A DNA stretch of 46,333 nt from Planctomycetota bacterium (GTDB lineage: Bacteria > Planctomycetota > PUPC01), in NCBI GenBank assembly GCA_043819695.1, contig JBDREM010000141.1, forward strand, positions 1 to 46,333, in the 5' to 3' direction. The translations under genes were made by a program, and so were the position numbers. Every line of letters starts with the position of its first letter. Within the stretch, counting starts at the first letter, position 1. This document shows, piece after piece, positions 1 to 7,748 of this stretch. Below the pieces are notes generated by a model that did not search any database, was not told where the DNA came from, and was given only the letters and a program-made list of their open reading frames with translations.

Positions 1-1440
1 CTCTCCGCCAGATGCAACAGAATGGCTTGAAACGGCCATTTCGCTGCGTTCTGTGATTTCCCCCCTTGCCTCGCTTGCCATCACCGAGCGTGCATTAGAC
101 TGCAAGGAATTGCAGGCTTTTGCACCCGTCTTGGGCAAGCAGATAGGCAAGCAGTTTTCGCCGTCCGTTCCCGTCGCGCGCAACTCCGGCAGAGCCGCGA
201 CAGCCGCCCGCTCTGCGTCCGCCCCGGCGTGTGTGTAGGCGTCCATCGTCAGCGTGATCGTGCTGTGACGCATCACCGCCTGAGCCGTTGACGGATGCGC
301 GCCGCTTGCCGCCAACAGTGAAGCCGTAGTATGCCGCAAGCTGTGAAAATCAAGCACCCGGCCCGATGCATCCTTCGGGCGCAAAAAGTCGCTCTCGCGG
401 CGTCTGCGTCGCTCTGCGGCGGCCGGGGCGTCGGCAATCCACTTGCCCCGCGCCGCTTTCAGGTCCGCCCGCAGCATCGCCGCCCCCTTGTCGTGAATCC
501 CGAACAGGTGATCTTGCGGGAACATCTCCGCTACCGCGTCGCCCAGGGCCGCCGCCGTGTCCGACCGCAACGGCACAACATCATCGCGGCGATGCTTGCT
601 GTACGCCGCCGCAACCCGGACCGTCGGCCTGTCCCCCGACAGGTCGAAGTTCGCCCGCGTCAGTGAATCCAGCTCGGACGCCCGCAGGCCCGTCTCGATT
701 GCGAGCCGGTACAGCAGCGCCCGGCGCGGTCCCGCCATCGTGAACCGTTCCGGCTCCGTCGCCGTTGTCGCCAGCAGCGCGCCGATTTCCTCGACGCTCA
801 GCGCCCGCCGCACCCGCCGGCGGTCCGTCCGCGTGTTCAGGGGCTTGGCGTGTTCAAGCGGCGAACGGCTCGCCCGCCCGTCGCGGACCGCCCAGGCGCA
901 GAACGCCTTGACGCTCGACAGGTACAGGTTGAACGTCTGCGCCGAGAGTCCCTTGCCCGTCTCGGCGTCGCCGCGCAGGCCGTCCAGAAACGTCAGCACC
1001 CGCCCCGCCGACAGGTCCGGCCAGCGGGCAAAGCCGCCGCCCTCTATCACGCGCCGCGCTCGCGCAATGGTGAGCTTGATATGCCGGGCCGACGCGCCCG
1101 ACGCCTTCAGGTGCGCCTCATACGCCGCCAGGTGTGCGGCCAGCGGCGCCAGCACCCCGGCCCGCGCCCGGTCCAGCAGCCCGATTTCCGAAAGCCGCTT
1201 GTAAAGCCGGGCCGGCAGGCCCTCAAGCCACGCGGTCAGGTCCGCCGGTAACGGCTCGCCCGTCGCCTTGTGCGCGACAAGCCGCTCGATCTTCTGCCCC
1301 AGGTGATTCGTCGCCGCCTTGTCGGGGAATCCGGGGAGCCGCCGCCGCGTGCCTACGTGGTCAGTGATTTCGGCGTACCACTTTTCCGCCGTGTGCTTCT
1401 TGCCGTCACGTCCGCGATACTTCGGCTTGAACAGTCTCAT
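1..1440 (-). CDS. tyrosine recombinase (phage-type integrase); C-terminal end lies beyond the left window edge
   Basis: Absent from the ORF track because it has no stop inside the window. My reverse translation from ATG 1440-1438 gives MRLFKPKYRGRDGKKHTAEKWYAEITDH... It contains ...RVLDFHSLRHTTASLLAASGAHPSTAQAVMRHSTITLTMDAYTH, the HxxR and catalytic-Tyr boxes of tyrosine recombinases. The frame is still open at base 1, about 75 codons past the Tyr. Confidence 0.9.
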   Translation of the reverse strand, partial: MRLFKPKYRGRDGKKHTAEKWYAEITDHVGTRRRLPGFPDKAATNHLGQKIERLVAHKATGEPLPADLTAWLEGLPARLYKRLSEIGLLDRARAGVLAPLAAHLAAYEAHLKASGASARHIKLTIARARRVIEGGGFARWPDLSAGRVLTFLDGLRGDAETGKGLSAQTFNLYLSSVKAFCAWAVRDGRASRSPLEHAKPLNTRTDRRRVRRALSVEEIGALLATTATEPERFTMAGPRRALLYRLAIETGLRASELDSLTRANFDLSGDRPTVRVAAAYSKHRRDDVVPLRSDTAAALGDAVAEMFPQDHLFGIHDKGAAMLRADLKAARGKWIADAPAAAERRRRRESDFLRPKDASGRVLDFHSLRHTTASLLAASGAHPSTAQAVMRHSTITLTMDAYTHAGADAERAAVAALPELRATGTDGENCLPICLPKTGAKACNSLQSNARSVMASEARGEITERSEMAVSSHSVASGGE

Positions 1441-1676
1441 GATTTCGCCCCTTTCTGCTTTCGTCTTGAGCGACCACGTTGCGCCACGACCGCCAGCCCC
1501 AACACATCGGCCAGCCGGTCCAGTGTCGCCGTCGTGAGGCCCCGCTTGCCCGACATGAACCGCGAGAGCGCCGCTTCCGACACCCCGCTTGCCTTCGCAA
1601 TCGCGTACCGGCTCTGGCCGGACGCCCGAATCGCCCGCCGGATTCCTTCGGTGATCGTGTTCTGTTTCTTGCCCAT
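1437..1676 (-). CDS. XRE (Cro/CI)-family helix-turn-helix protein, 79 aa
   Basis: Last 79 codons of track ORF 1437..1880, from the internal ATG at 1676: MGKKQNTITEGIRRAIRASGQSRYAIAKASGVSEAALSRFMSGKRGLTTATLDRLADVLGL. The upstream part of the track ORF is Arg/Gly-rich noise. Its TGA overlaps the integrase ATG (ATGA, 1437-1440). Confidence 0.7.
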   Translation of the reverse strand: MGKKQNTITEGIRRAIRASGQSRYAIAKASGVSEAALSRFMSGKRGLTTATLDRLADVLGLAVVAQRGRSRRKQKGAKS

Positions 1677-1708
1677 CGCCAGAACCTTACCACACTGCTT
1701 GCCAAGTG

Positions 1709-1954
1709 TCAAGCCCTTTCTTCCTGCTTTTCCTGCCAGCGCAGGCGCGGCGGACACCCGGCCGCAACCCAGGAGCCGAGTTCGGCCCGACGCCACAGCA
1801 CCCGACGCCCCAGCCGGACGGGAGCGGGAATCAGCCCTTCGGAATCCAGCGTCGCCCAATGCCGAGCCGACACGCCGCACAGCGCAGCCGCCCGCTTCGC
1901 GTCAATCAAGATTGGCATCGGCGTGTCGGCCGTCGTGTCCATCGTCGCATCCAC
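1709..1954 (-). CDS. AlpA/excisionase-family DNA-binding protein (putative Xis or regulator)
   Basis: 81 aa; ...ILIDAKRAAALCGVSARHWATLDSEGLIPAPVRLGRRVLWRRAELGSWVAAG matches the MerR-like excisionase/AlpA HTH pattern. It sits directly upstream of the XRE-int pair on the same strand. Confidence 0.7.
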   Translation of the reverse strand: MDATMDTTADTPMPILIDAKRAAALCGVSARHWATLDSEGLIPAPVRLGRRVLWRRAELGSWVAAGCPPRLRWQEKQEERA

Positions 1955-2090
1955 AAGAAAACTGTCCTTTTCACCACAAAACCCGGCCCGAATGCGCTCC
2001 GCCGGGCCTCAGCGTCCGATTGCCCGTCTCGCGCGTTCTGTCGCCCTGCTCGTGCTCCGCGCCCCACTTTTCCCGCCCTACCAGCAACGA

Positions 2091-2303
2091 TTAGCCCCGT
2101 TCGGCCATCTTGTCGGCCAGCTTGCCGCCGCCCATCCGGTACGGCCACAAATGGCACTCGGGCGCCGAACACCGCTCAACCTCGGCGGCGTTCCAGCCGA
2201 CGCACTCAAGACAGAACGAACGGATCGCCTTGCTCGGGGGCTTGATGATCTCGTGCGGCTCGCGCCGCCGCCGCCGCAGAACCCCTCTCTGAACCGTCCT
2301 CAT
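2091..2303 (-). CDS. small Cys-rich (zinc-ribbon-like) hypothetical protein
   Basis: 70 aa; FCLECVGWNAAEVERCSAPECHLWPYRMG (CxxC...CxxxC followed by WPYR). Same strand as the other island genes. No function inferable. Confidence 0.45.
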   Translation of the reverse strand: MRTVQRGVLRRRRREPHEIIKPPSKAIRSFCLECVGWNAAEVERCSAPECHLWPYRMGGGKLADKMAERG

Positions 2304-2533
2304 TCCTTGCCCCTTTCAGAAGCAGCGTTCACAAATGTCCGCTGTCAACGCACATAAACAGACGTTGGCACCACGCACGTTTTCGGCCCTGCCTGCCCTT
2401 GACAGCGACCGTTTGTGCGCGCTGGCAGGATGCCCGTTTTCGCATTCAACCCCTTGCCGCCCAACGGCTACTGACCGATTCCGTCGAAAGTCGGCTGCCA
2501 TGTCCATTTGTGTACGCCTTCTATAAGTAACCA

Positions 2534-2959
2534 CTACCACGCGCCTTCGCCGCCGAAGAAACCTGGCACCCGCATGTCCTTCTCCCGCGACCGGGGCGTG
2601 AACTTGTCCGTCCCGTACAGCCGCCAGTCTTCGATGACCGCATAGAGCGTCGTGCTCCGGTGCAGTCCCGATCCCCGGCGCCTGATCTCGATGAAGCCCC
2701 GCTCGATCAACTGGTCCAGGGCGCGCGTGAACTGGCCCTTGTCGATCCCGTACTTGCTCGCGGCCTCGCGGTACGTGAACACGATCTCGCCATTATTCCC
2801 GATCTCCCAGCCACCCGCCTTCGCGTCGTTCCGCTTGGTCATTTGCAGCTTCGTCTGGAAGATCAGCAGCACGTGTGGCGCTTTCCCGGACAGCTCCAGG
2901 AATGCTTTCGACTTCGGCATGTCGCGCCAGAACCACACCTTCTCACTACACTTCTTCAT
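2534..2959 (-). CDS. hypothetical protein with a winged-helix-like segment
   Basis: Track ORF 2534..3019 trimmed to ATG 2959 (MKKCSEKVWFWRDMPKSKAF...). FTYREAASKYGIDKGQFTRALDQLIERGFIEIRRRG looks like a wHTH. Composition is non-repetitive, unlike the GC-noise ORFs. Confidence 0.5.
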   Translation of the reverse strand: MKKCSEKVWFWRDMPKSKAFLELSGKAPHVLLIFQTKLQMTKRNDAKAGGWEIGNNGEIVFTYREAASKYGIDKGQFTRALDQLIERGFIEIRRRGSGLHRSTTLYAVIEDWRLYGTDKFTPRSREKDMRVPGFFGGEGAW

Positions 2960-3283
2960 TGAACGCCTCGACGCATGAAAGAGGCGGCGACAGACAAGAG
3001 GTCTGCATGGCGGACCCATTGTTCCGCTCTCTTGCCCGTCGCCGCCGTTCTTGCTTGACCATTCGCGCCACAGTGCAGGCCTCCGTAGCTTTCATCCCAC
3101 GTCGCTTCAATCTGCTCTATAGCAAGCGGCGTGCCACGGCACGGGCGAATTGAATCACTGCCCGCTGAGGCAGCCGACACGGGCGCTATATCACATTGCA
3201 GGAGAGGTGCTTACAGCATTGGTGGGGCGCTGAAGAAAAGTGTTGCGTGTTCAGGAACTATGACAAGAGGCAGGATATGAGGT

Positions 3284-3314
3284 GTGAACTTCGTATGAAG
3301 TTCACGTGAACTTC
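3284..3314. repeat. three copies of GTGAACTTC: an inverted pair with a 4-nt spacer plus an adjacent direct copy
   Basis: gtgaacttc (3284-3292), gtat, gaagttcac (3297-3305), gtgaacttc (3306-3314), read directly. It abuts the stop codon (3313-3315) of the Fis-HTH gene. Confidence 0.8.
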
Positions 3315-3996
3315 ACACGTCGGGTTGGTCGTCTCTGCGCCTTCGCCTGAAGCTATCGAGGTCGATTCGGAACCGCTTGGCCCTGTTGTAGACAGTCTTC
3401 GGCGATACACCAAGCAATTTCGCTGCCTGCTTCACGTTGCCGCCCGTTTTGAACAGCGCGGCGCGTGTCTCTAACGCCTTCTCGTCCGCTGCCTCGTCGT
3501 GCACGGTCGCCAACTCCTCACGTCCCCGCTGTTCCGCCGCCTGGCGCTTCGGCTCCGCCTCTATCCAGCGGACCACGGTCCACGCGCTGGCGTCAACATG
3601 CTGCGCCAGGTGCCAGGTGATGGGGAGTTTCCGAAACGCGCTTATCAGGTCCGCAGCTTTCGGCGGTGCCAGTTTCTTGTCCGGCTTGCGCGCCCGCGCC
3701 TGATAGTAGCTGAAGACCGCCGCCGAACCTTGCGCGCCGGCCAGGCGGTCCCCCACGCTGGGCAGCTTCAAGAGCGCCGAACAGAACGCGGTCACGGCCC
3801 GCGTGAACGCCGCCAGCCCCTTGCTCGTGAACAGCGTATCGTCTGGGGTCTCCTCATACAGTCCCTGCCCCTTCGTGAACTCAGGGCGCAGCGCCTTGAG
3901 CCGGCCCGCCGCCTTGGACAGCCGCTTGATGATCGCCGCGTCGGGATGATTCGATTCCTCGCCGGACATGTTGTACCTCGCTTCGTACAACCTCAC
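3313..3996 (-). CDS. hypothetical protein with a C-terminal Fis-type HTH
   Basis: 227 aa (alternative start ATG 3969, MSGEESNHPD...). The C-terminus GGNVKQAAKLLGVSPKTVYNRAKRFRI resembles the Fis/NtrC-type HTH_8 motif. I do not recognise the N-terminal ~170 aa. Confidence 0.6.
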   Translation of the reverse strand: MRLYEARYNMSGEESNHPDAAIIKRLSKAAGRLKALRPEFTKGQGLYEETPDDTLFTSKGLAAFTRAVTAFCSALLKLPSVGDRLAGAQGSAAVFSYYQARARKPDKKLAPPKAADLISAFRKLPITWHLAQHVDASAWTVVRWIEAEPKRQAAEQRGREELATVHDEAADEKALETRAALFKTGGNVKQAAKLLGVSPKTVYNRAKRFRIDLDSFRRRRRDDQPDV

Positions 3997-4218
3997 ACTG
4001 AGAGGGATCGCGCCATGTTGCCCCCTGTTATGCGGAGGGGAAGCGCGGCCCCGTTTGGCCGGGAACGCTGGCCCAAGCCGCGCCCCCCGTTGCCCGAGAT
4101 TATACGCCCCGCCGCCCGCATCCTCAACCCCTATGCCGCCATTTTACTGCGGAATTGCCCCTTGCAATCTCGCACCCGCGCCGTTAGCATCATGATCGGA
4201 GCGGCAGGGGGCCAAGCA

Positions 4219-4440
4219 ATGCCTGACTTGCGAGAATGGCGAACCCAGGACGGGGGGCGCACCAGCGCCAAGAAGACCCGCGACGATAACGCGAACCTCG
4301 CCAAGATGAACGCAGACCTCGCCAAGCTCGCCAAGATGGACGCCACGGCCAACTTCTTGATGACCGCTGGCTGCCTGATCACGCTCGCCGTGTTCGGAAT
4401 CCCCGTGCTGATAATCCTGTTCATCGTGCTATTCGGATGA
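4219..4440 (+). CDS. small tail-anchored membrane protein (73 aa)
   Basis: Internal ATG of track ORF 3499..4440, preceded by aggggg 8 nt upstream. MPDLREW...NANLAKMNADLAKLAKMDATANFLMTAGCLITLAVFGIPVLIILFIVLFG has a charged N-terminus with LAKM repeats and one strong C-terminal TM helix. It lies 63 nt upstream of the next + strand gene. Confidence 0.45.
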   Translation: MPDLREWRTQDGGRTSAKKTRDDNANLAKMNADLAKLAKMDATANFLMTAGCLITLAVFGIPVLIILFIVLFG

Positions 4441-4503
4441 CGGCCACAAGATTGCATAGTCGCGCTATGATTCAAGAAGACATATCAAGAGGAGGAGAAG
4501 ACG

Positions 4504-5187
4504 ATGACGGTTAGCGCGCACAAGAGAAGCAAATCACGTCCGCTGCCAAGTTGCGAGATTGCATGTGTGATAATAGTTCTGTCAGTGCTCGTAGTCGTCG
4601 CTGGAATTATGTGGTGGTCGAAATTGGAGATTGGGCGCGACCCGGAGACACAGCCCAAGGCAGAGATCGAAGCCGAGACAGAGACCAAAGCCGAGGCAGC
4701 GCAAACGCTTTCCCCGCATGAGAGCTGGTTAGAATATACATATGAACGTTATCCCAAGCAGATTCGCGTATTGGATGGTACTTACGTGGAACTCTATGAT
4801 GCCGATTCCCAAATTCGCCGCATCCCTCCGAGCATCGGCGATTGTTGCTGGGTTTCAACTAATGCTGAAATCCTCCAAATTTTGGGACCTTATGAATTGC
4901 TTGTCAAAGATGGCGAAGCCCCTCACATTGTTAGTCGTGTTTATGGTTTCAGGCATAATAGATATCGGAAAGAATACGAGACAGCCGATACAAGATTCGT
5001 TTTCCATGTTAAGGGCATTGATACGAGTAATATGGTAACTGGGATACCTTTTGGTGGGGGAGATCACCGAGCTAGGCGAGGGCGGGAACCCGAACTTGTC
5101 TATGTCGGAACATATGGGTACGTTACTGCGGCGGGCTCTAGCAATACCGTGCAGAGCTATGTTCCGCGTATCCGCCCGGATAAGTAG
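4504..5187 (+). CDS. N-terminally membrane-anchored hypothetical protein (227 aa), atypically low GC
   Basis: Strong RBS aagaggaggag 5-6 nt before the ATG. One TM helix (CVIIVLSVLVVVAGIMWW), then an acidic linker and a beta-rich-looking domain. The region ~4440-5190 is visibly AT-richer (about half G+C by eye) than its surroundings. Confidence 0.7.
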   Translation: MTVSAHKRSKSRPLPSCEIACVIIVLSVLVVVAGIMWWSKLEIGRDPETQPKAEIEAETETKAEAAQTLSPHESWLEYTYERYPKQIRVLDGTYVELYDADSQIRRIPPSIGDCCWVSTNAEILQILGPYELLVKDGEAPHIVSRVYGFRHNRYRKEYETADTRFVFHVKGIDTSNMVTGIPFGGGDHRARRGREPELVYVGTYGYVTAAGSSNTVQSYVPRIRPDK

Positions 5188-5229
5188 CAGAGATATTCGC
5201 CCCTCGCTCCCGCCCTAATTCTGGGGCAC

Positions 5230-5712
5230 TCATAGCAATTCTTCCACGTCTCGCTTCAGACGCTCGCTCGCGGCCCGCGTGTCTGTCTGGGGCGATCTGC
5301 CGCGGACCACGCAGACGGCGCCACACGTCGGGCACTTGGCGCGTTTGCCGGCGTCGTCGGCGGCGGCGCGGAGCTTGGCGCCGCAGGCGGTGCAATGGAA
5401 CACGAGCGGCTCAGGGGAATCCGGCGGCGGGCTGACGATCTCAGCGTCCATGGCCGGCGGAGTCTTTGCCTTGCTTGGTTCCCACAGTACGTCTTCCGAT
5501 CTGTGTGATGACCGCCCGGCCCATGTTTGACGCCGCGCGACATCGTCCGCCCGCTCGATCGCGCCGATGATGGCTCCCGCAGAGAAAAGCACGGCCCCGA
5601 TAAGGAACAGCACGAAGGCTTCGATCTCGTGTATCGCGCTCTTGGCGTTGCCCAGAATCGACGCCCCAAGGAACACACTGATAATGGCCCCCACGGTCAG
5701 TACTATCCGCAT
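5230..5712 (-). CDS. membrane protein (2 TM) with a C-terminal CxxC...CxxC zinc ribbon
   Basis: 160 aa; the N-terminus MRIVLTVGAIISVFLGASILG...FVLFLIGAVLFSAGAIIGAI gives two TM helices. The C-terminus FHCTACGAKLRAAADDAGKRAKCPTCGAVCVV is a zinc ribbon. SD-like aaggggg lies upstream of ATG 5712. Confidence 0.65.
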   Translation of the reverse strand: MRIVLTVGAIISVFLGASILGNAKSAIHEIEAFVLFLIGAVLFSAGAIIGAIERADDVARRQTWAGRSSHRSEDVLWEPSKAKTPPAMDAEIVSPPPDSPEPLVFHCTACGAKLRAAADDAGKRAKCPTCGAVCVVRGRSPQTDTRAASERLKRDVEELL

Positions 5713-5961
5713 CGGTCGCCCCCTTTCGTTGTCGCCTGCCGCTCACCTTCAGCAGAGCCTACCACGCCGGCGGCCCGTGTCAAGGGCATTTCCGGCCCTT
5801 GTGACGCTTTTTGACACACTTTCCACGGAACACACCCGGCCCCTGCGCGGCGTATGTCTTGGCCGTGCGTGCCGTTGCGTACCAGTTCGCCGACGGTATC
5901 CGTGCAGCGCTGGTCACTGCCCCGTCAGTGCCCCATCTTGGCCCCTGAAAGCGGCCCGCGC

Positions 5962-6014
5962 GTATCTCTTGTGGACATATAGGCTTATGTATCTCTTGCC
6001 CACATCAAGGCTTA
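5962..6014. repeat. two tandem 27-nt units: GTATCTCTTG-N7(..ACAT)-N2-AGGCTTA
   Basis: gtatctcttg tggacat at aggctta (5962-5987), t, gtatctcttg cccacat ca aggctta (5989-6014), read directly. It sits in an AT-richer intergenic stretch between two minus-strand genes. Confidence 0.75.
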
Positions 6015-6055
6015 CGGGGCCGATAGTCCGATAATACCGGTTATGTAGCGTTCCG

Positions 6056-6391
6056 CTAGCGTCCGCCGGTTCTCATTTCGTCAAGTATCCGCCGCACGTC
6101 TGCCCCGGCCATCGGACGCCGTTCGGCCTTCGGCCTTCCCATCGGTTTCGGCGGCTTCGGGTGTCGCCGCCGGAAGGCTTTCACCTTACAGGCATCGGAA
6201 CAGAACCGGCGTGTCCGCCGCTCCGCCTTGAGCGCCTTCCCGCACGTCTCGCATGTGCCGCGCCCCACGTCCGCCGTGCTCTTGGCGTGCCGCACCTTGT
6301 CAGCCGCCGCCCGCTTGCACTCCGGCGAACAGTATCGAGCCTGCGCCGCCCGGGTCACGTCGCCACCGCATACAGGACAGGTCTTCCCCAC
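6056..6391 (-). CDS. tandem FCS-type zinc-finger protein (~111 aa, GTG start)
   Basis: C-terminal part of track ORF 6056..6751: VGKTCPVCGGDVTRAAQARYCSPECKRAA...GTCETCGKALKAERRTRRFCSDACKVKAFRRR, i.e. two CxxC...(Y/F)CSxxC modules. The upstream part of the track ORF is Arg/Pro/Gly noise. GTG at 6391-6389 overlaps the TAG of the preceding gene by 1 nt. Confidence 0.55.
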   Translation of the reverse strand: MGKTCPVCGGDVTRAAQARYCSPECKRAAADKVRHAKSTADVGRGTCETCGKALKAERRTRRFCSDACKVKAFRRRHPKPPKPMGRPKAERRPMAGADVRRILDEMRTGGR

Positions 6392-6777
6392 TATCCGCGC
6401 CCCTTGTCTGCCTGGTCTGCCGGGTCGCGGGCCGGGCGTATGATGATCTTGAGGCCCCCGGCATCGGCTCCGGCGAGCTTGAGAAACTTGCCCCGGACTT
6501 CGCGGACGTGCCTCATGATTGCCTCGGCGGCCCTGAGCCTGTCTCGCGGGTGCTTGCTGCGGAGTTGCCCCCGTAGCACGAGCCACGCTTCGCGCGTGGC
6601 TTCCGGCAGGGCCTCGTCTACCGCTTGGCGCAAGGCCGGAAGCCATTGCTCCCGCCGCTTGCGCGGCCACGCCTCGACCGTCTCGACGGAACGGTCGAGC
6701 GCCGCCGCCACTTCCCGCCATTGCTTGCCCTCGACGCGGAGCCGAGCGCATCGCAGAATCAGCGGATCGATTTCCAT
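6391..6777 (-). CDS. HTH-domain protein (regulator or small-terminase-like), 128 aa
   Basis: MEIDPLILRCARLRVEGKQWREVAAALDRSVETVEAWPRKRRE... has a sigma-70 region-4/LuxR-like HTH at the N-terminus and a helical remainder. Confidence 0.55.
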   Translation of the reverse strand: MEIDPLILRCARLRVEGKQWREVAAALDRSVETVEAWPRKRREQWLPALRQAVDEALPEATREAWLVLRGQLRSKHPRDRLRAAEAIMRHVREVRGKFLKLAGADAGGLKIIIRPARDPADQADKGRG

Positions 6778-7159
6778 GCGTTGCCCCTGCTATTCAGCCT
6801 GCATTATCCTGCGGCGTGCGGGCCATGTCAAGCGGCCCCGCCAGCACAGGCCGTATGAGGCCCCGGCGTGGCCCCTGTGCCGCCGCTGTGCGGCCCCAGG
6901 ACGCCCCAGGGCCGTCCGTCCCGGCTCGGCAATGCATCGGGCCTTGTCGCGCCGCGTGTGCGGTTCTGTCGATTCTGTCAATTGTGTCATTGGCAATCGG
7001 CGGAATCGCTCGCCGCCTTCACCATCGCCAGAACGCCCGCCTTGATCGGCTCCGGCAACGTCGGCCAGGCGGACACCAGGTCGGCCAATTTCGGGTCGAT
7101 TTGGGCAAGCAGACGGCCAAGACATGATTCCGGGTTATCGTAAGCGCAAGGCGTGTTGG

Positions 7160-7227
7160 GCTCTACGGAATCAGGGCAGCGGATTGCAAATCCGTGTACA
7201 CCGGTTCGAATCCGGTCGGGACCTCCA
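7160..7227 (+). pseudogene. 3' fragment of tRNA-Cys(GCA), putative attR of the island
   Basis: Anticodon arm gcgga-ttgcaaa-tccgt (7179-7195). Variable region gtac. T arm accgg-ttcgaat-ccggt (7200-7216). Acceptor 3' strand cgggacc, discriminator T, CCA (7225-7227). A possible D arm is gctc/gggc. The 5' acceptor strand ggtcccg is absent upstream (gcgtgtt instead), so this cannot fold as a complete tRNA. Confidence 0.6.
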
Positions 7228-7304
7228 TCTTCCCCATCAGATCGCGGAGCGCTTCTCGCGGCCGGCGCTCGGTCAATACGTTGCGAAGGCAAGAAGCGGG
7301 GAGC

Positions 7305-7748
7305 CTAGACGACGGCGGGCCCGTCGGGCGGCTGCGGCGCGTCGGGATTCTCGGCGCCGGCGCACACGTTATCGAGCACGGCCTCGTCGACGAAGATCGG
7401 TGTGCCGAGGCGCACGGCGACGGCGATCGCGTCCGACGGGCGGGAGTCGACCTCGACAACGCCGCCGTCGCGCTGCAACAAGAGCTTGGCGTAGAACGTG
7501 TGGCTGTGAAGTCCGGAGACGACGATGCGCTCGAGCGTGACGCCGAGCGCTGTGATCATGCTCGCCATCAGGTCGTGCGTGAACGGGCGTGGCGTCGGAA
7601 TCTCGCGGACCGCGCGGTCGATGGCGGCGGCCTCGAAGATGCCGATGAGGATGGGGAACGTGCGTTCGCCGCCCTTCTCCCGGAGCCAGACGACCTGGTA
7701 CTCGCCGGTCTCGGTGATGATTATTTTCGAGAGCTCCATCTCGACCAT
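7305..7748 (-). CDS. bifunctional nuclease (BFN/DUF151) family protein
   Basis: Track ORF 7305..7808 trimmed to ATG 7748: MVEMELSKIIITETGEYQVVWLREKGGERTFPILIGIFEAAAIDRAV...RPFTHDLM...YAKLLLQRDGGVVEVDSRPSDAIAVAVRLGTPIFV is typical of the family. Confidence 0.85.
   Translation of the reverse strand: MVEMELSKIIITETGEYQVVWLREKGGERTFPILIGIFEAAAIDRAVREIPTPRPFTHDLMASMITALGVTLERIVVSGLHSHTFYAKLLLQRDGGVVEVDSRPSDAIAVAVRLGTPIFVDEAVLDNVCAGAENPDAPQPPDGPAVV

Larger units (their letters stand above)
1..7227. mobile_element. integrative genomic island (left end outside the window) inserted in tRNA-Cys
   Basis: An int-XRE-Xis module sits at the left and a tRNA 3' fragment at the right. All regulatory genes share one strand, and a low-GC cargo lies in the middle. 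No phage structural or conjugation genes were seen. Confidence 0.6.

Noticed and set aside
6790-7125. 111-aa minus-strand ORF in the island's right arm.
   Set aside because: Gly/Arg-rich with no motifs, and it overlaps the more credible ...WPTLPEPIKAGVLAMV... frame. Likely noise.
7151-7227. A complete tRNA-Cys gene.
   Set aside because: The 7 nt upstream (gcgtgtt) cannot pair with the acceptor 3' strand cgggacc, and ggtcccg is absent nearby. The position-8 equivalent is G and the D loop is atypical. I called it a 3' fragment (attR) instead.
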